This document shows positions 37,904 to 51,357 of a DNA stretch of 64,000 bases, piece by piece (the stretch's first letter is position 1; every line of letters starts with the position of its first letter). The position numbers and the translations under genes are program-made. The stretch comes from Eledone cirrhosa (taxonomy: Eukaryota). A model generated the notes under the pieces. That model ran no database searches and had not been told where the DNA came from. It saw only the letters and a list, made by a program, of their open reading frames with translations. The stretch spans positions 90,644,001 through 90,708,000 of the forward strand of contig OZ024747.1 in the NCBI GenBank assembly GCA_964016885.1, given 5' to 3'.

Positions 37904-38349
37904 ACTAGACCTGAAAAATGCGCAAGCTCAAAAGAGCCACAGAATGTTATAATAAACCTTCAAAAGTGTGGGACTAGAGTTGCTGCTAAAAAATATTGTA
38001 ATCATTATCTATCGTACACTCTGTGGCATCCATTTATAAAAAAGAGACTCATAACGAACTCAAGACGACACAATAATTATTTAAGCTAATGTTCAATATC
38101 TCATATTAGATGTTTAGTAATGATTAATACGAAATGCACTTAAACCGAATTCTATATTATAAATTCACTTAAATAATTATTGTGTCGTCTTGAGTTCGAT
38201 ATGAGTCTCTTTTTTATAAAAGGATGCCACAGAGTGTACGATAGATAATGATTACAATATTTTTGAGCAGCAACTCTAGTCCCACACTTTTGAAGGTTTA
38301 TTATAACATTCTGTGGCTCTTTTGAGCTTGCACATTTTTCAGGTCTAGT
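37904..38349. repeat. long inverted repeat, 182-bp arms with 82-bp spacer
   Basis: 37904-38085 is the reverse complement of 38168-38349 with few mismatches. Confidence 0.93.
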
Positions 38350-39339
38350 TTAATATTTTTTTAAGGCAACGCTTGTAATAACTCTAGTTAAACATATATA
38401 TTAATAATACATTATCGTTGCAATGTAATTCGATTATATAATTGTTATTTTATAAATGATCTTATAAATATTATTGTAAGATGTATAAAAATATTTTCAG
38501 ACTTTTAATAACTACAAAAAACAATCAATATTAAATAAATATATTTTACATAATAATTGTTATAGTTGAATTAATAAAAAAATTAAATATTACATACAAA
38601 TAGTCTAACATAATAATAAAAAAATAATCTAACATAAAACAAACAATAATATGGACAAATATACAATTAAATATGATACAACCAATATTATAAGCATGTT
38701 ATAACGAACTGAAAAAAAAATAGTTAATATAAATTTAAAAAATCATATATAAATTAACAATATAACTTACCAAAACGAGAAAAATATTTTGATGATAAAC
38801 GATGAAATACAGGAGGAAGATTCGAAAGCGAAACGATAAATAAACGTGCAAACAAAATAGCGGATGCTTTTGAGCAATAATTACTCTCGTTGGTTGATTA
38901 GCCAATAAGACGATACATTACAAAACATGTTTGGCAGCAATCACCACAGCCAGCAACACTCCTTGAATTGTTTTATTCAGAAGCTACGCATATATGTCAG
39001 ACACGCAAACTTAAAACATTCTGTTGTTAGTCACTGCGTGTCTAACAGCTATATATATCCTACCCCCCCCCCCCCCCCCCGTATGTCAGACTACACGCCT
39101 ACCCTCCCCAGCCTTCCAAACTCTGTTATTCAAATCCCTTTTCTCTCTCCTCTTTGAACTTTGTTATTTCCTGAACAAGGATTCTCCTATCTTCTTCTCT
39201 GGAAGAAATTGGCCATATCCAGAGCTGGAGACAGGATAAATTTTGCTAGGTTTAAACAAAATGCCCAAAGAAATGCCCTATGTCATTACAGTGCCTCTAT
39301 GGCGCCATCTCCACCAAGAGTTAACAGATCCATCCATAT

Positions 39340-39555
39340 ATATCATCATCATCATCGTTTAACGTCAACTTTCCATGCTAACATGTGTTAGACGGATTGT
39401 CCCATTTGAGGACAGGTGACTGTGTCTTGCTCATATAGAACTGTTTCTGGCTAGATTTTTACAGCTGGATGCCGTTCCTAACGCCAGCCACATTTAGAGT
39501 GTGTACTGGATAATTTTTGTCGTTACTCCCTACACGACCACTTTACAGTGTGGTC
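39340..39555 (-). mobile_element. RTE-tailed short retroelement
   Basis: (CAT)n tail and CAGCTGGATGCCGTTCCTAAC motif. Confidence 0.7.
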
Positions 39556-41533
39556 ATATATATATTTATTATCTAAGGGCCTGCTCTAATTGAGAGAGAC
39601 AGACTGAATGACTCCTGCATCATCACATATCTAACACACCAACAACCCAACAGTTGCTATTGCCCTATTAACTAATTCATCTTACTTGTGATTTTATATT
39701 ACAAAGTTTAAAACTAGAAAATATTTGAAAAGAAATCTGAGCAATTATATCTAAGCATGCTTGAGACTGAGAATATCTAATTCTTATTGGCTTTCATAGT
39801 CTATTAATCTCACCAGATTATCATTTGTAATGAATTATGACTGAATAAACATTTCAATATTACAATTATCATTGTTGTGATTATCATCATTATTATTACT
39901 ATTATTATTATTATTATTACAATAGTATTTCAGTTAAAATATCAATTAACCATCAAAAGTTACTCTTGATTAAATGCTTTCAAGTAGCAAATCTGAGTGT
40001 ACAAATGTTCAACAATTTTCGATAGAAATAAAAAATAAAAAAAAATAAATAAATAAATAAACATACGAAAGGTAGTTAACATTTGGTCTGTTTATGTCAT
40101 TGTTAATATATTATTTCAAAATTTACATCTTATCCGACTCTGACCCAAATATAACACTTGCAGTATAATTCATATTTGATATTCACGATCTACTTGAATA
40201 GAACTACTTCAATATAATCCGATATGAATATTTTCTCTCAAAAATGTCAAACTTAACAACTTACAACAGGGCAAAATAATAATTTAAAAAAAAAAAAATA
40301 ACAAAAACACATCTGTGGCATCTACGTTTAAGAATTCCATCACAGATCATAACATGAAATATTATTATTATTATTTCAGTTTCAATATGAATATCTAATA
40401 GAATAAAAAAAAGAAACCTTAATCTTAAATGATAATTAAATTGAATTTTCAGAAAACAGCTTTTCAATTTCATTAGAGACAGAAAAACTTCAGAATTTTA
40501 ATATCAAACCACAAAGGATTACTTCAGATTTCTTGCCAGAAAAATATGATGAAAGGGCAAAAGGACAAAGTAGATAGAATTACAACAGACGCAAAACCTA
40601 TTGTATGGAATTGGCAAATAAATCTTTTGCATATAATTATGGAAGATTAAACCCTGCATAAGCTAGGACCAGTATTTCACAGAGGATCAATATCTATCTT
40701 GGCAACAGCATGATTAGCACAAGGGTTCTAGAATTGGGTCAATCCATAACAGTAGTCTGCATATAAAGGTCAACAAGTGCAGTGATACTTCGTGGCAACT
40801 TTAATCTCTTATAAGCTATGCATTTAACAACCACTTTGCAAAGGAAATTTGAATTTCCTACAGAATAGACATTCAACTGAGACTAATAGGCACGTACAAA
40901 GTAAATTGTAAGTGTGAATATTAATCCTTCTCTATCTAAAAGTGATATACATTTTCAAGGAAGAGAAAACAGAGATGTGTGTGTGTGTGCATATATATAT
41001 ATGTGTGTGTGAGTATCTCTCTCAATATATATGTGTGTGTGTGTGCGTATTTTAACAGATAAAGTTTCTCAATTTCCTCATAGAAATTGACATAAAAGAT
41101 TTTCATCATAATGCTACGTAGGACTTCCAGATTTGTAAAACATGTTTGAAATGTGGGTTTGTGTTTCTTTTAAATCATATCTATGAATATATATATATAA
41201 TTAGACAAAATGCATCTAAAACAACAAAAGGTCATATGACTGCTTATTTAGACAAATACAGACTCCATCTTTTTGGACTAGATGAAGATAAATAGCAATT
41301 TTACTACCAACTGATCATGTCTCATTGCACATTTGGTGAGTGAGATGAAAGACTATTAAACCATCGTAGTAATCATGTTAGTGATCAAAGCTAAAGACTA
41401 TAGATTATAGTTTTCTTGATGCAATTTATACAAGAAAAACTAATTTACTGAATATTTTATTTAAATCATACAATTAATTATTACACTATTATGTGATAAG
41501 GAGAAAACATACTTGCATACACATATATATATA

Positions 41534-41620
41534 CACAGGGTGTGTCCCCCCCCCCCCAAATATATACACACTTCAACAGCATTCTTATCAAAGTGTGTAT
41601 ACGTTTTTGGGGACATCGTG
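41534..41620. mobile_element. short Tc1/mariner-like MITE
   Basis: TA-flanked CAGGGTG-type TIRs; related to 44419-44518. Confidence 0.6.
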
Positions 41621-41634
41621 TATGTATGTGTGTG

Positions 41635-41665
<31 letters not shown>

Positions 41666-41667
41666 AC

Positions 41668-41879
41668 ATGGTGAGTTGTGTAGACGATGTAGTTGCATGT
41701 AGTCCCAGGCAGTGTTATGTAAGTGAGGATTGAGACGTAGGCTAGATATTGAGTAAGTGAACTACAGGGAGCTGGAAGGACGCAGGATATCTCACTCCCC
41801 CCATATCTAGTCTACTCCTCAATCATCACATATAACACTACCAGAGACTATGCACAACTACATCTACACAACCCCCCAT
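41668..41879. mobile_element. foldback MITE (imperfect ~85-bp arms) in TA tract
   Basis: GTTGTGTAGA..GTAGTTG..GTGTTATGT..GCTAGATAT / ATATCTAGT..ATATAACAC..CAACTAC..TCTACACAAC. Confidence 0.7.
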
Positions 41880-41930
41880 ATCTATAAATATGTAGCCTGA
41901 GATACACCAATGCATTATATATATATATAT

Positions 41931-42120
41931 GCGGTGAATTGGCAGTATCGGTAGAGGGTCGGACACCATGCTTTGCAGCACAGTTACGTCCCTTTACGGA
42001 CTGAGTTCAAATCCCGCCGAGGTTAACTTTGCCTTTCATCCTTACGGGCTCGATAAAATAAAGTACCAGTAATACACTTCGATAATTGCTGGCCTTGTGC
42101 CAAAAGTAGAAACCATAATA
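41931..42120 (+). mobile_element. tRNA-derived SINE, Meta-domain-like
   Basis: Full copy. Confidence 0.9.
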
Positions 42121-43642
42121 TTTATATATATATAGTGTAGGTACCAAATCAAGCACTCTATGCACAAGTAGAGTGTACATAACTCCTATGGGCACATTGA
42201 GCCAATCCTCTGCGAAATGCACGTAACAGGTCGATATACAATAAATATTTTTCATATGTAAACAAAACTTCCTTGTTTTTTCTATTATATATATATATAT
42301 AGTAATATACGTCAAGACTCATCTTTTTCCATTTCTTAGAGAGTTCTAAATCCCAGTCTCAGGCTAAAATTTCTTTAGGCAAGAATTTTAGTTCAGAACA
42401 TAAAAGGGCATAACTACATACCACATTGCATTTTGTCTGTTCTACCGATGTTACTATCTACTGCCCTAACTGTTGCAAACATAATAACAACTGAAAAGCA
42501 GCAAGTTGCAGCAAAGATTTATCTGAAAGTTCCCTTTTATTGATATCTGCAATAGTGAAGTAGCGATCACTTCTATGTCTTATCAATTTTACCACTTAGC
42601 CTAGCATAAAACAATTATGTTATCAACTCAGGGAGTATAAAAGGTTAAATAAAGCTGACAGAACAGAGAACTTCAATATTTGATCACAAGGGCTTATACA
42701 TGGTATTACATCCACCATCATAATACTGTTTATTACATGAAGTTAAAGTAAAAAATACTTTTACAAGGTAATCTACAGCCATAACATCACAGAAAGAGTA
42801 TATTCTCGATCCCTGAATATAAAATCCATCATAAGTTTTCTATTAAAATTAATTCAGCATGATTTAAGCCAAAACTAATGAAACTAAGAAAGAAATGAAT
42901 AACAAAAGTCTTTTTGAAATTTTGAAAAGCAAGACAATTAGCAAATATGTAGAAGTATTGTATTTTATCAAAAACTAAAACAAATTAATTTCTTTATACT
43001 ATAAAGAGTTCATGAAATGATGAAACAAAGTGGGACTCAAAAGAACTGAGAATATAAAATACAATATATTATATTATGCTTAGAGTTTCAATTCAGAGCA
43101 AACTAAAAAAAAAAAAAAGTAAATAGTGTAAAACCTGTCTAATGACAATAAATAAACTCCAATAGAATGTTTTCAATTACAAGAGACAAAAGAGGATAAT
43201 TTGTTTGTTTGTGCTGAAAACAAAACAACTGACTAAATGCACAAAGGCAATTTGACAAGGAAACAAATTTCCAAAAGCCTCAATGGGAAATAGCAAAATG
43301 TTAAAACATTATTTTAAATTATTAGAAGACTACAAGAAAAGAGACTATGAAATAAAGAGCATTAGGATAAAAGATATTTGAAGTTTTTTGTCCTTGTCAC
43401 TATTAAAAATATCAAAGCACAATTTAGACTGTATGTAAAATCCTTGGATAAATAATTTTATCTAATAAATCTTTATTTGACATTTCTTAAATGTTTACTT
43501 TCTGAGCCAAAAGACAGTATAATAATTTAATTAATATTATAAGTCCATCTAATATTCAGTGACAATAATAAAAAAAAATATTTATTGTTATATATTACAT
43601 AAGGATTACTTTCAAAATTGGTTAGTAATGTATATATAAAAA

Positions 43643-43775
43643 ATAATTGTTTCTACTTTAGGCACAAGGCCAGCAATTACCCAGTGCATTACTGGTACTT
43701 TATTTTATCGACCCCGTAAGGATGAAAGGCAAAGTCAACCTCGACGGGATTTGAACTCAGATCGTAAAGGGACAT
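43643..43775 (-). mobile_element. Meta-domain-like SINE, 5'-truncated
   Basis: Tail, core and B box. Confidence 0.85.
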
Positions 43776-44082
43776 CATTGTTTTCTGACCACTTTTCAAG
43801 CTAGCCTGGGTTGAATTGGCCATCCCTGTCTGAGTTAGTTCTTATTCAGAGTTACTGCTCTTCTAGATAGATCAGAGGAATATGTTCCAAAGGTAGTCTT
43901 TGATATGTGACAGTAGTAGGTGCCAATACTTTCTATATAGATATTAATTTAAATATTTATCAGTTAATTAAATATAATTCTAATAAATATTTCTGTAGAA
44001 AACCACTTACAGTTTCAGGGTAATTTACAGATCTCTTTACTGTAAAAAAATGTTCAAAAAAGAAAAGCCTTTCTACTGGTAA

Positions 44083-44256
44083 GGGCGATGGATTGGCAGC
44101 ACCGGTAGAACATTGGACAACATGCCTTTTAAGTTCTGAATTCAAATCCTGCCGAGGTTAACTTTGCCTTTCATCTTTACAGGGTCAATAAAACAAAGTA
44201 CCAGTAATGCACTGGCGGTCATTTAATTGTTGACCTTGTGCCTAAATCAGGAACCA
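44083..44256 (+). mobile_element. Meta-domain-like SINE
   Basis: Head and core. Confidence 0.8.
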
Positions 44257-44418
44257 GTAAGAAGAGAACCTTTTCCTTTAATGAAGAAGAAGTCTCATTG
44301 CTAATCAAATCTGATCACATATTAACAGCGTTTATTTCAACAATGTTAGAACAAAGACATACTAACCCATATGTTGGAGTAGTTAGTACTAAAATAGTAA
44401 AGTATCAAACATTATATA

Positions 44419-44518
44419 CAGGGTGTCCCAAAACAATGTATACACACTTCATCAGCATTCTAATAAATATTGCCTGAACAGGTAATCAAAATATGTATAC
44501 ATTTTTTTGAACACCTTG
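44419..44518. mobile_element. Tc1/mariner MITE
   Basis: TA|CAGGGTGTCCCAAAA ... TTTTGAACACCTTG|TA. Confidence 0.7.
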
Positions 44519-45130
44519 TATATAGTTAAAGCCTCTGTTGCAGGCTCAACCAACATACTGCAATAAAAGATGTTGGCAAGAACTGGTAGTAAGTAGTTAA
44601 AGGAATAGAATAATAATAATGACTTAGAAGGATGGAGTTAAGTTTGATCTTAAAAGAGAAATGAAATGAAATGATATCTAGGATAACTAAAACATCCCAT
44701 TAAAGCCATGCCAGCATGAAAGAAATGGTCATTACAGAGATCTGGCTATGTTAATGAAGGAACATTTCATAGGCAAGTGTAGAACAACAAAAGATCAAAT
44801 GCTTTCAACAATATTTTCAACATGTCACAGAAATTCCATTTAACCCTTTCACCATTTTGCATGCTGTCACTGGCATATTATTTCTGTCACATGTAATTAC
44901 TTCCAGAAACAGATTCTAATCAAGTTATTTTGCGAGTGTTTTATCATATGTAACCGAATGTGCTTTTGGTTTGAATACTTTCATTATTCACACATATGCT
45001 ATGCTAAAATATTACAATGGTTTAATGTTTTCTCAAATATGAATAGATATATATTAGTCAATAATTTCCAACTTGTCAATCTAGCATCCAATTATTGTAT
45101 ATAAAATTGCAAATAACGATTATCCTTATT

Positions 45131-45147
45131 CATCATCACTGATGATG

Positions 45148-45209
<62 letters not shown>

Positions 45210-45592
45210 GTCTATATACATATATAAATAAATATATATGTATGTATATATGCATATACATACATACAAATAAATAAATAAATATATATACATTTATATA
45301 TGTATATATACACATATAAATAAATATATATACATATATATACCGTCCAAACCCATGCAAGCGTAGAATATGGACGTTAAACGATGATGATGATGATGAT
45401 ATGCATATACACACATAAATAAATAAATATATATACACACATATAAATATATATATATATATATATGTATGTATCATCATCATCATCAATTAACATCTAT
45501 CTTCCATGCTAATACATATAAACAAATAAATATATGTACACACACATATACATATATATACATATAAATAAATATATACATATATATATATA
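45131..45592. repeat. TA/CA microsatellite complex with RTE-tail scraps
   Basis: direct reading. Confidence 0.85.
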
Positions 45593-46084
45593 GTAATAAT
45601 AATAAATTTGAAGACTAAAATCCAAAGAGGGCTCGATAAGGATAATCTGTTATTTTAATAAATATATATATAATATATAATTAGTCAACAAGACAGAAAT
45701 AGATATCTAAAACCGAAGAATAAAATTTACTATGTTCTATTTAATTGTTATTTCAATCTTACAAGAAACACAACTATTACAATTTAATAACTTCAGTATC
45801 CTAAAAATACAGCAGCAAATGAGCAAAGTTGTTTGAATGCCAGATGGAATGATTTGTGGTATTTATTCTGGTTCCCTGTGCTTTTAGTTCAAATCCCATC
45901 CTTTCAAGGTTGATAAAAAAAAAAGTACCACTTGGTTCTTCTTCTTTATATTTTTCTCACTTCTCCCCTGGAAGAAATCAGATGCACTCAGACCTAGAGA
46001 TGGATGGGCTCTACCAGGTTTAAAATGCCCAAGAAATGGGCCTGTTCAATATAAATACTGAAACCACAAGTGTGTGTGTGTATG

Positions 46085-46280
46085 CTTTTTACGCACTGTA
46101 AAAATGGTTGGTGTTAGGAAGGCCATCCAGCTGTAAAATACTTGGCCAAATTTACAATCCTCGTCGGAGCAAGGTACGGCGTGGCCAACTCTGGCCAGAC
46201 TTGTCTCCTAACGTAGAAGACCCATGTAACTCATGCCAGCATGGAAAAATGGACACTAAACGATGATGATGATGATGATG
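46085..46280 (+). mobile_element. RTE-tailed short retroelement
   Basis: GTTAGGAAGGCCATCCAGCTGTA ... CATGCCAGCATGGAAAAATGGACACTAAAC(GAT)n. Confidence 0.7.
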
Positions 46281-46545
46281 TGTAACTGCAGCGTACATGT
46301 AGACCTGCTTGACATAAGAACAGAGCAACTACATAAATATATATCTATGTACATATGCATATATAATTCTTATTAAGAAACTGAATACAACCATGCATTA
46401 AAATCACTGTTTTTATGAACCATTTATCTATGCTGCAAGTCAAAACTCCTATAAAACTTTAAGAATATAATTCTTAATTGTGTTTAAAACAGAATTTTAT
46501 AGATAAAGATGAAGATGCAAGGATTTGATGGGTCTACAAATTCAA

Positions 46546-46843
46546 ATCATCATCATTTAACGTCCATTTTTTATGCTAGCAAGGTTAGGACGGGCTGTCC
46601 CTTTGTAAGAGATCAGGTCGGAGGACCGTGTTTCGCTCATACAGAACTGATTTTGGCTTGGTTTCTATGACTGGATACTCTTCCTGACCCCAACTAAATT
46701 TACAGTGTGTGCTGGGTGCTTTTTGTTGTGACTCCTACATGACCACTAGTGTGGAGTGGGCGTTTTTCTCATGATACCTACACGACCACTTTACAGTGTG
46801 GACTGACCGCTTTTATCGTGACACATACACATCCACTTTACTG
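46546..46843 (-). mobile_element. RTE-tailed short retroelement with internal ~40-bp repeats
   Basis: Homologous to 12938-13200 and 62545-62885. Confidence 0.7.
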
Positions 46844-47420
46844 CATATAACAATACACAGAGCAAGTCTTTTTGCTTTAAAAAATATTGAATTCTCCTCC
46901 CACAATCAATCCTTGAATTATGAAAGGAACATGATAATTAATTTCTAACACAGAATGCAAATAGCAGAAATACTGCATTCTGAGTTCAAGTCCTGCCAAC
47001 ACTGACTTTGCTTTTTATCCAACTGGGATGGGTAAAGCATGTGTCTAGATTGGTGAATTAATGGAGTCATTTGAGTATGGGATATGATGTCTTGTAGTAT
47101 TTGTTCTGGCTCTTTGCATTCTGTTCAAATCTTATGAAAACCCACATGAACAGTAAACTTAATCAATCACCCAGTTTCACACCACCAGGTCTCTTATTTC
47201 AGGTTACTTTCTTGTCTCCCTACCTCACCAGGCTTCAAGGCCCTTAAAAGGATCATGGGCACTGCTCTTATTCCTGTATAAGCAATAGAAACATGGTATA
47301 ATATTGTTGTTTATTTAAAGCCCAATGACAAGGTTAAACTTCATGACCTTTTCATCAGTAAATTACTTCCACTTCTCTAACACTAATATGGTTTAGTTAC
47401 TATAATTTTATTATCATCAA

Positions 47421-48755
47421 AGTACAACAGATGCCCTCGTCTTGGTGAGACAATTACAAAAGAGGTTCTTAGAGAAGAATAAGCCACTATACTTAGCCTT
47501 TGTTGACCTAGAGAAGGCCTTTGATAGGATACCCCGATGTGTCATCTGATGGTCCCTAAGGAAACTAGGTGTTGAGGAATGCCTTATGAGGACAGTGCAA
47601 ACTTTGTACAGAGGTGCTGTCAGTAAAGTCAGAGTAGGAATGGAGTTTAGTGAGGAATTCCAGATACAAGTAGGAGTACATCAAGGTTCGGTCCTCAGCC
47701 CGCTCTTGTTCATTATAGTCCTCCAAGCCATAACAGAGGAGTTTAAGACTGGCTGTGCATGGGAACTTCTCTATGCTGACGATCTGGTTCTTATAGCAGA
47801 ATCAGTAGAGGAGCTAGAGAATAAATTCTGGCTATGGAAACAGCAGTTGGAAGCAAGAGGACTGAGAGTGAACCTAGCTAAGACAAAAGTGTTGATTAGA
47901 AAAGAGGACAAAACTCTGATTCCATCAGGGAAATGGCCATGTTTGATATGCAGAAAAGGAACTGGCATAAATTCTATAAAATGCACACAATGCAGACCCT
48001 GGGTACACAAGAGATGTGGTGGGATAGCAGGCAAACTAACAGGTAGGGAGAAATACGTATGCAGTAGATGTACAGGGAAATTAGACAGTAGAAGTCGCAT
48101 TGATAGACACATTTTTCAAATGCAGGCGGGTGCTACAGAAGTGGTGGATAGCTTCCGGTAACTAGGAAATCAGATTAGCATGGGAGGAGGATGTTCCGAG
48201 GTCATAGTATCTAGAATAAAGATGGGTTGGAAGAAATTTAGGGAACTGCTTCCTCTGCTGACGAAGAAGGGTTTCTCCCGGTGTACAAAAGGCCGGTTAC
48301 ATGATGCCTGTGTGAGGAGCGCAATGCTGCATAGTAGTGAGACATGGGCAGCAACTGCAGAGACATGTGACGGCTGGAGAGAAATGAGGCAAGCATGCTC
48401 CGTTGGATGTGCAATGTCAATGTGTGTGAACGACCCAATATGGATGTGTTGAGAGAGAAACTGTGTCTGAGAGGGATAGAATGTAGTGTGCGAGAGAAGA
48501 GACTGCGGTGGATGGACATGTGATGCGCATGGAGGATGACCGATGGGTGAAGACGTGCCAGGAAATGCCAGTTGAAGGAAGACGTGGTAGAGGTAGACCA
48601 CAAAAAACATGGGCAGAGGTGGTGAGAACAGACCTCAGATCGCTGAAGCTCACGGTGGAGATGACGAAGGACCGTGACAAGTGGAGAGATGCTGTGCTTA
48701 ATAAGACCCATCACACCCTTGCAAGCAGGGAAAAGCGGACGTAAAATGATGATGA
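47421..48755 (+). mobile_element. RTE-clade LINE, 5'-truncated (family 1), RT domain pseudogene
   Basis: STTDA..AFVDLEKAFDRIP, GVHQGSVLSPLLF, LLYADDLVL, NLAKTKVL; stops and frameshifts; (GAT) tail. Confidence 0.95.
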
Positions 48756-48794
48756 ACAACAACAACACCAACACCAACACTACTACTATTATAA

Positions 48795-49223
48795 GGATGG
48801 TTGATTGTCCGAATCATTTGAGCATTGAACAAAAGGCTTTGCGGCATTTAGCTATGGCCCTTTGCATTTTGACTTCAAATCCCACCATCATCTTTGACTG
48901 GTACTTTATTTTATTGACCTTGGAAGGGTGAAAGGCAAAGCTAACCTCGGAGGAATTTGGACTCAGAATGTAAAGGGCAGTAACTCTATACTACGAAGCA
49001 CGGTGTCTGAATAAGCACTATTATTGTTGGGGGGAGGGGGGGATCGGAAGAGGGTTGGATGCCATGCTTTGCAGCATAGAGTTGTGAACTTTAACCTTTA
49101 CGGTTTGAGTTCAAATCCCACCGAGGTTAACTGTGCCTTTCATCCTTGCGGGGTCGATAAAATAAAGCACCAGTAATACACTTGGATAATTGCTGGCCTT
49201 GTGCCAAAAATAGAAACAATTAT
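48795..49223. mobile_element. cluster of three Meta-domain-like SINE pieces (+,-,+)
   Basis: Heads and cores at ~48795-48890(+), 48895-49010(-), 49040-49223(+). Confidence 0.75.
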
Positions 49224-49692
49224 TGTTGGGCATGATTTGGGGGGGGGGGGGGTATGATTAATTTGTTGCCGAGTATGCTACAAATATCCAAATATCCAAA
49301 TATCAGTTAAACACAGTTTTGAGGAAGCATCTGTATTTAATTTTTTCTATTACTTTTTAAAATTTATCTAAATATACTCAGATTCTACCAGAAAAAAAAT
49401 GTTGATAAAGATTAGTTGAATCAGTAATATATTTTTAGCTTGATAGAAATATTCTGTTTTTTTTTCTTTTAATATTTGAATCACGAGTTATATGAGTAAT
49501 TATATCATGTCTAAAAACTATTTCTTAAGAAGCCAGTAGAGAAATTGATATTTCATCCAAAACAAATCCCAAAGATATATTTAATAAAAACACAACTTCT
49601 ATTTTAAGGATTTTGTGTTAGAATAGCAGTAATAGTTATTAATGTGTAACGCTAGTTAGTTCTATTTAAGCAGACATATGGTATGAAGGTGA

Positions 49693-50119
49693 TTAATCCT
49701 TTTGATAACCAGCTCAGCTCAGTCTAAAACATGTCTGGTTCTAAAAAACAAAGCTACTCATTTTAACCCTTTCATGAATGTATTTCTAATGAAATACACT
49801 CTATTTCAATTAATTAATGAAGAATTACTTAAATTATTAATTATTTCATTACTAAGATAGTAATTTAATATAAGGTTCTTAGATAAAATTATACTGGAAG
49901 ATTTTAATTTAAATTGGTAACCTTTAAAATGGGTGGTTTTATTTCAGGTTGTTGACGAAACGGTTAAATTAAAACCTTCCAGTATAATTTGATTTAAGAA
50001 CCTTTTGTTAAAATTTTAGTAGTGAAATAATTGATACTTCCAGTAACTCACTCTTAATATTTCATGAATTAATTCAAATATAGCGTATTTCGTTAGAAAT
50101 ATGGTAATGGAAGGATTAA
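49693..50119. mobile_element. TTAA-MITE family A with an opposite-orientation relative nested at TTAA (49763-49967)
   Basis: Four TTAA boundaries; inner and outer segments are reverse-complement homologues. Confidence 0.6.
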
Positions 50120-50346
50120 TTGAACATGAAGGAGTAAAGCATAGGTCTAACAAATGGATATTCAAATGTGTCATCTGTACATTTCAGTGGTTTCTTTACA
50201 CTCCAACATTTATATTGTATTTAAAAACTTGTGCTCTCCATTTTACATATAAAAGGGAGTCATTTAATGGTGGTCTGGTAGCTCTACTGAGCTAGTCTAG
50301 TCATAGAAGAAGGTCCCTCATAGGCTCAAGTTATAAGTAGCTATTA

Positions 50347-50562
50347 TTGGATTGGCAGAATCGGTAGAGCAGTCGGATAACATGCTTAGTGACAAAGTTA
50401 CAGCCCTTTGCATTCTGAGTTCAAATCCCGATGAGGCTAGGTTAGCTTCACCTTTCAACCTAACGGGGTCGATATAATGAAGTACCAGCAATGCACTGGG
50501 ATAGATTTGATTGACTTTCTCTTACTCCAAAATCACTAGTTTGTGCCTAAATCATAAACCAT
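50347..50562 (+). mobile_element. Meta-domain-like SINE
   Basis: Head, B box, core and tail. Confidence 0.8.
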
Positions 50563-51047
50563 TATTTATAAATATATGAATTTAAGAAAAACAAATTCAA
50601 GCCCAATAAAAGAAAGGGTGAAAATAGTAAGAACAAGATCTATTTAAGGATTACTAATATTGCTACAGAAGGTTCTTGGAATAAGAAAGAATTATGAAAG
50701 TAATGAAATGAAGCAAGGCATCATTAGTTACAGTTAACAATACAACAGACCGAAAGAAACACTGCCAAACCAAACAATGATGATTTGGCTGACAACAACA
50801 TATATGAAACATTTAAGATTTTAAATGTTATAACCAAATGCCAATTTCATGTCATATACATTGATAAAATAAATTAAGATTACTACTACATAAACATTTT
50901 GTAACATGTTCAAGTTGGATTGAATATACAGTCTTGGCCTTTACATTTTCAGAGAGACTGTCTTTAAATTTGATTCATATAGATTCATGACTTTCAGAGT
51001 ATCAAAGATTGATGCAGCAATGGACAAGTTATTTAGGCATTATAATT

Positions 51048-51357
51048 AGGCACGTGGCTTTGTGGTTGAATTATTCAGCTCACAATCGTAAAGCCGTGAG
51101 TTTGATTCCCAGTGGTGCATTATGTCCTTGAGCAAGACACTTTATTTCATGTTGCTCCAGTCCACACAGCTGGCAAAAATGACTTGTACTTGTAATTCAA
51201 AGGTGTCACGTTTGGTGTCACGCTGAATCTCCCTGAGTACATTAAAGGTATGCATGTCTGTGGAATGCTCAGCCACTTGCACGTTAATTTCACGAGCAGG
51301 CTGTTCTGTTGATTGAATCAATTGGAACACTCATCGTCGTAACCGGCAGAATGCCAT
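51048..51357 (+). mobile_element. CORE-type SINE with a different 3' tail
   Basis: GGCACGTGGCTTTGTGG head, TGTCCTTGAGCAAGACACTT block. Confidence 0.75.
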
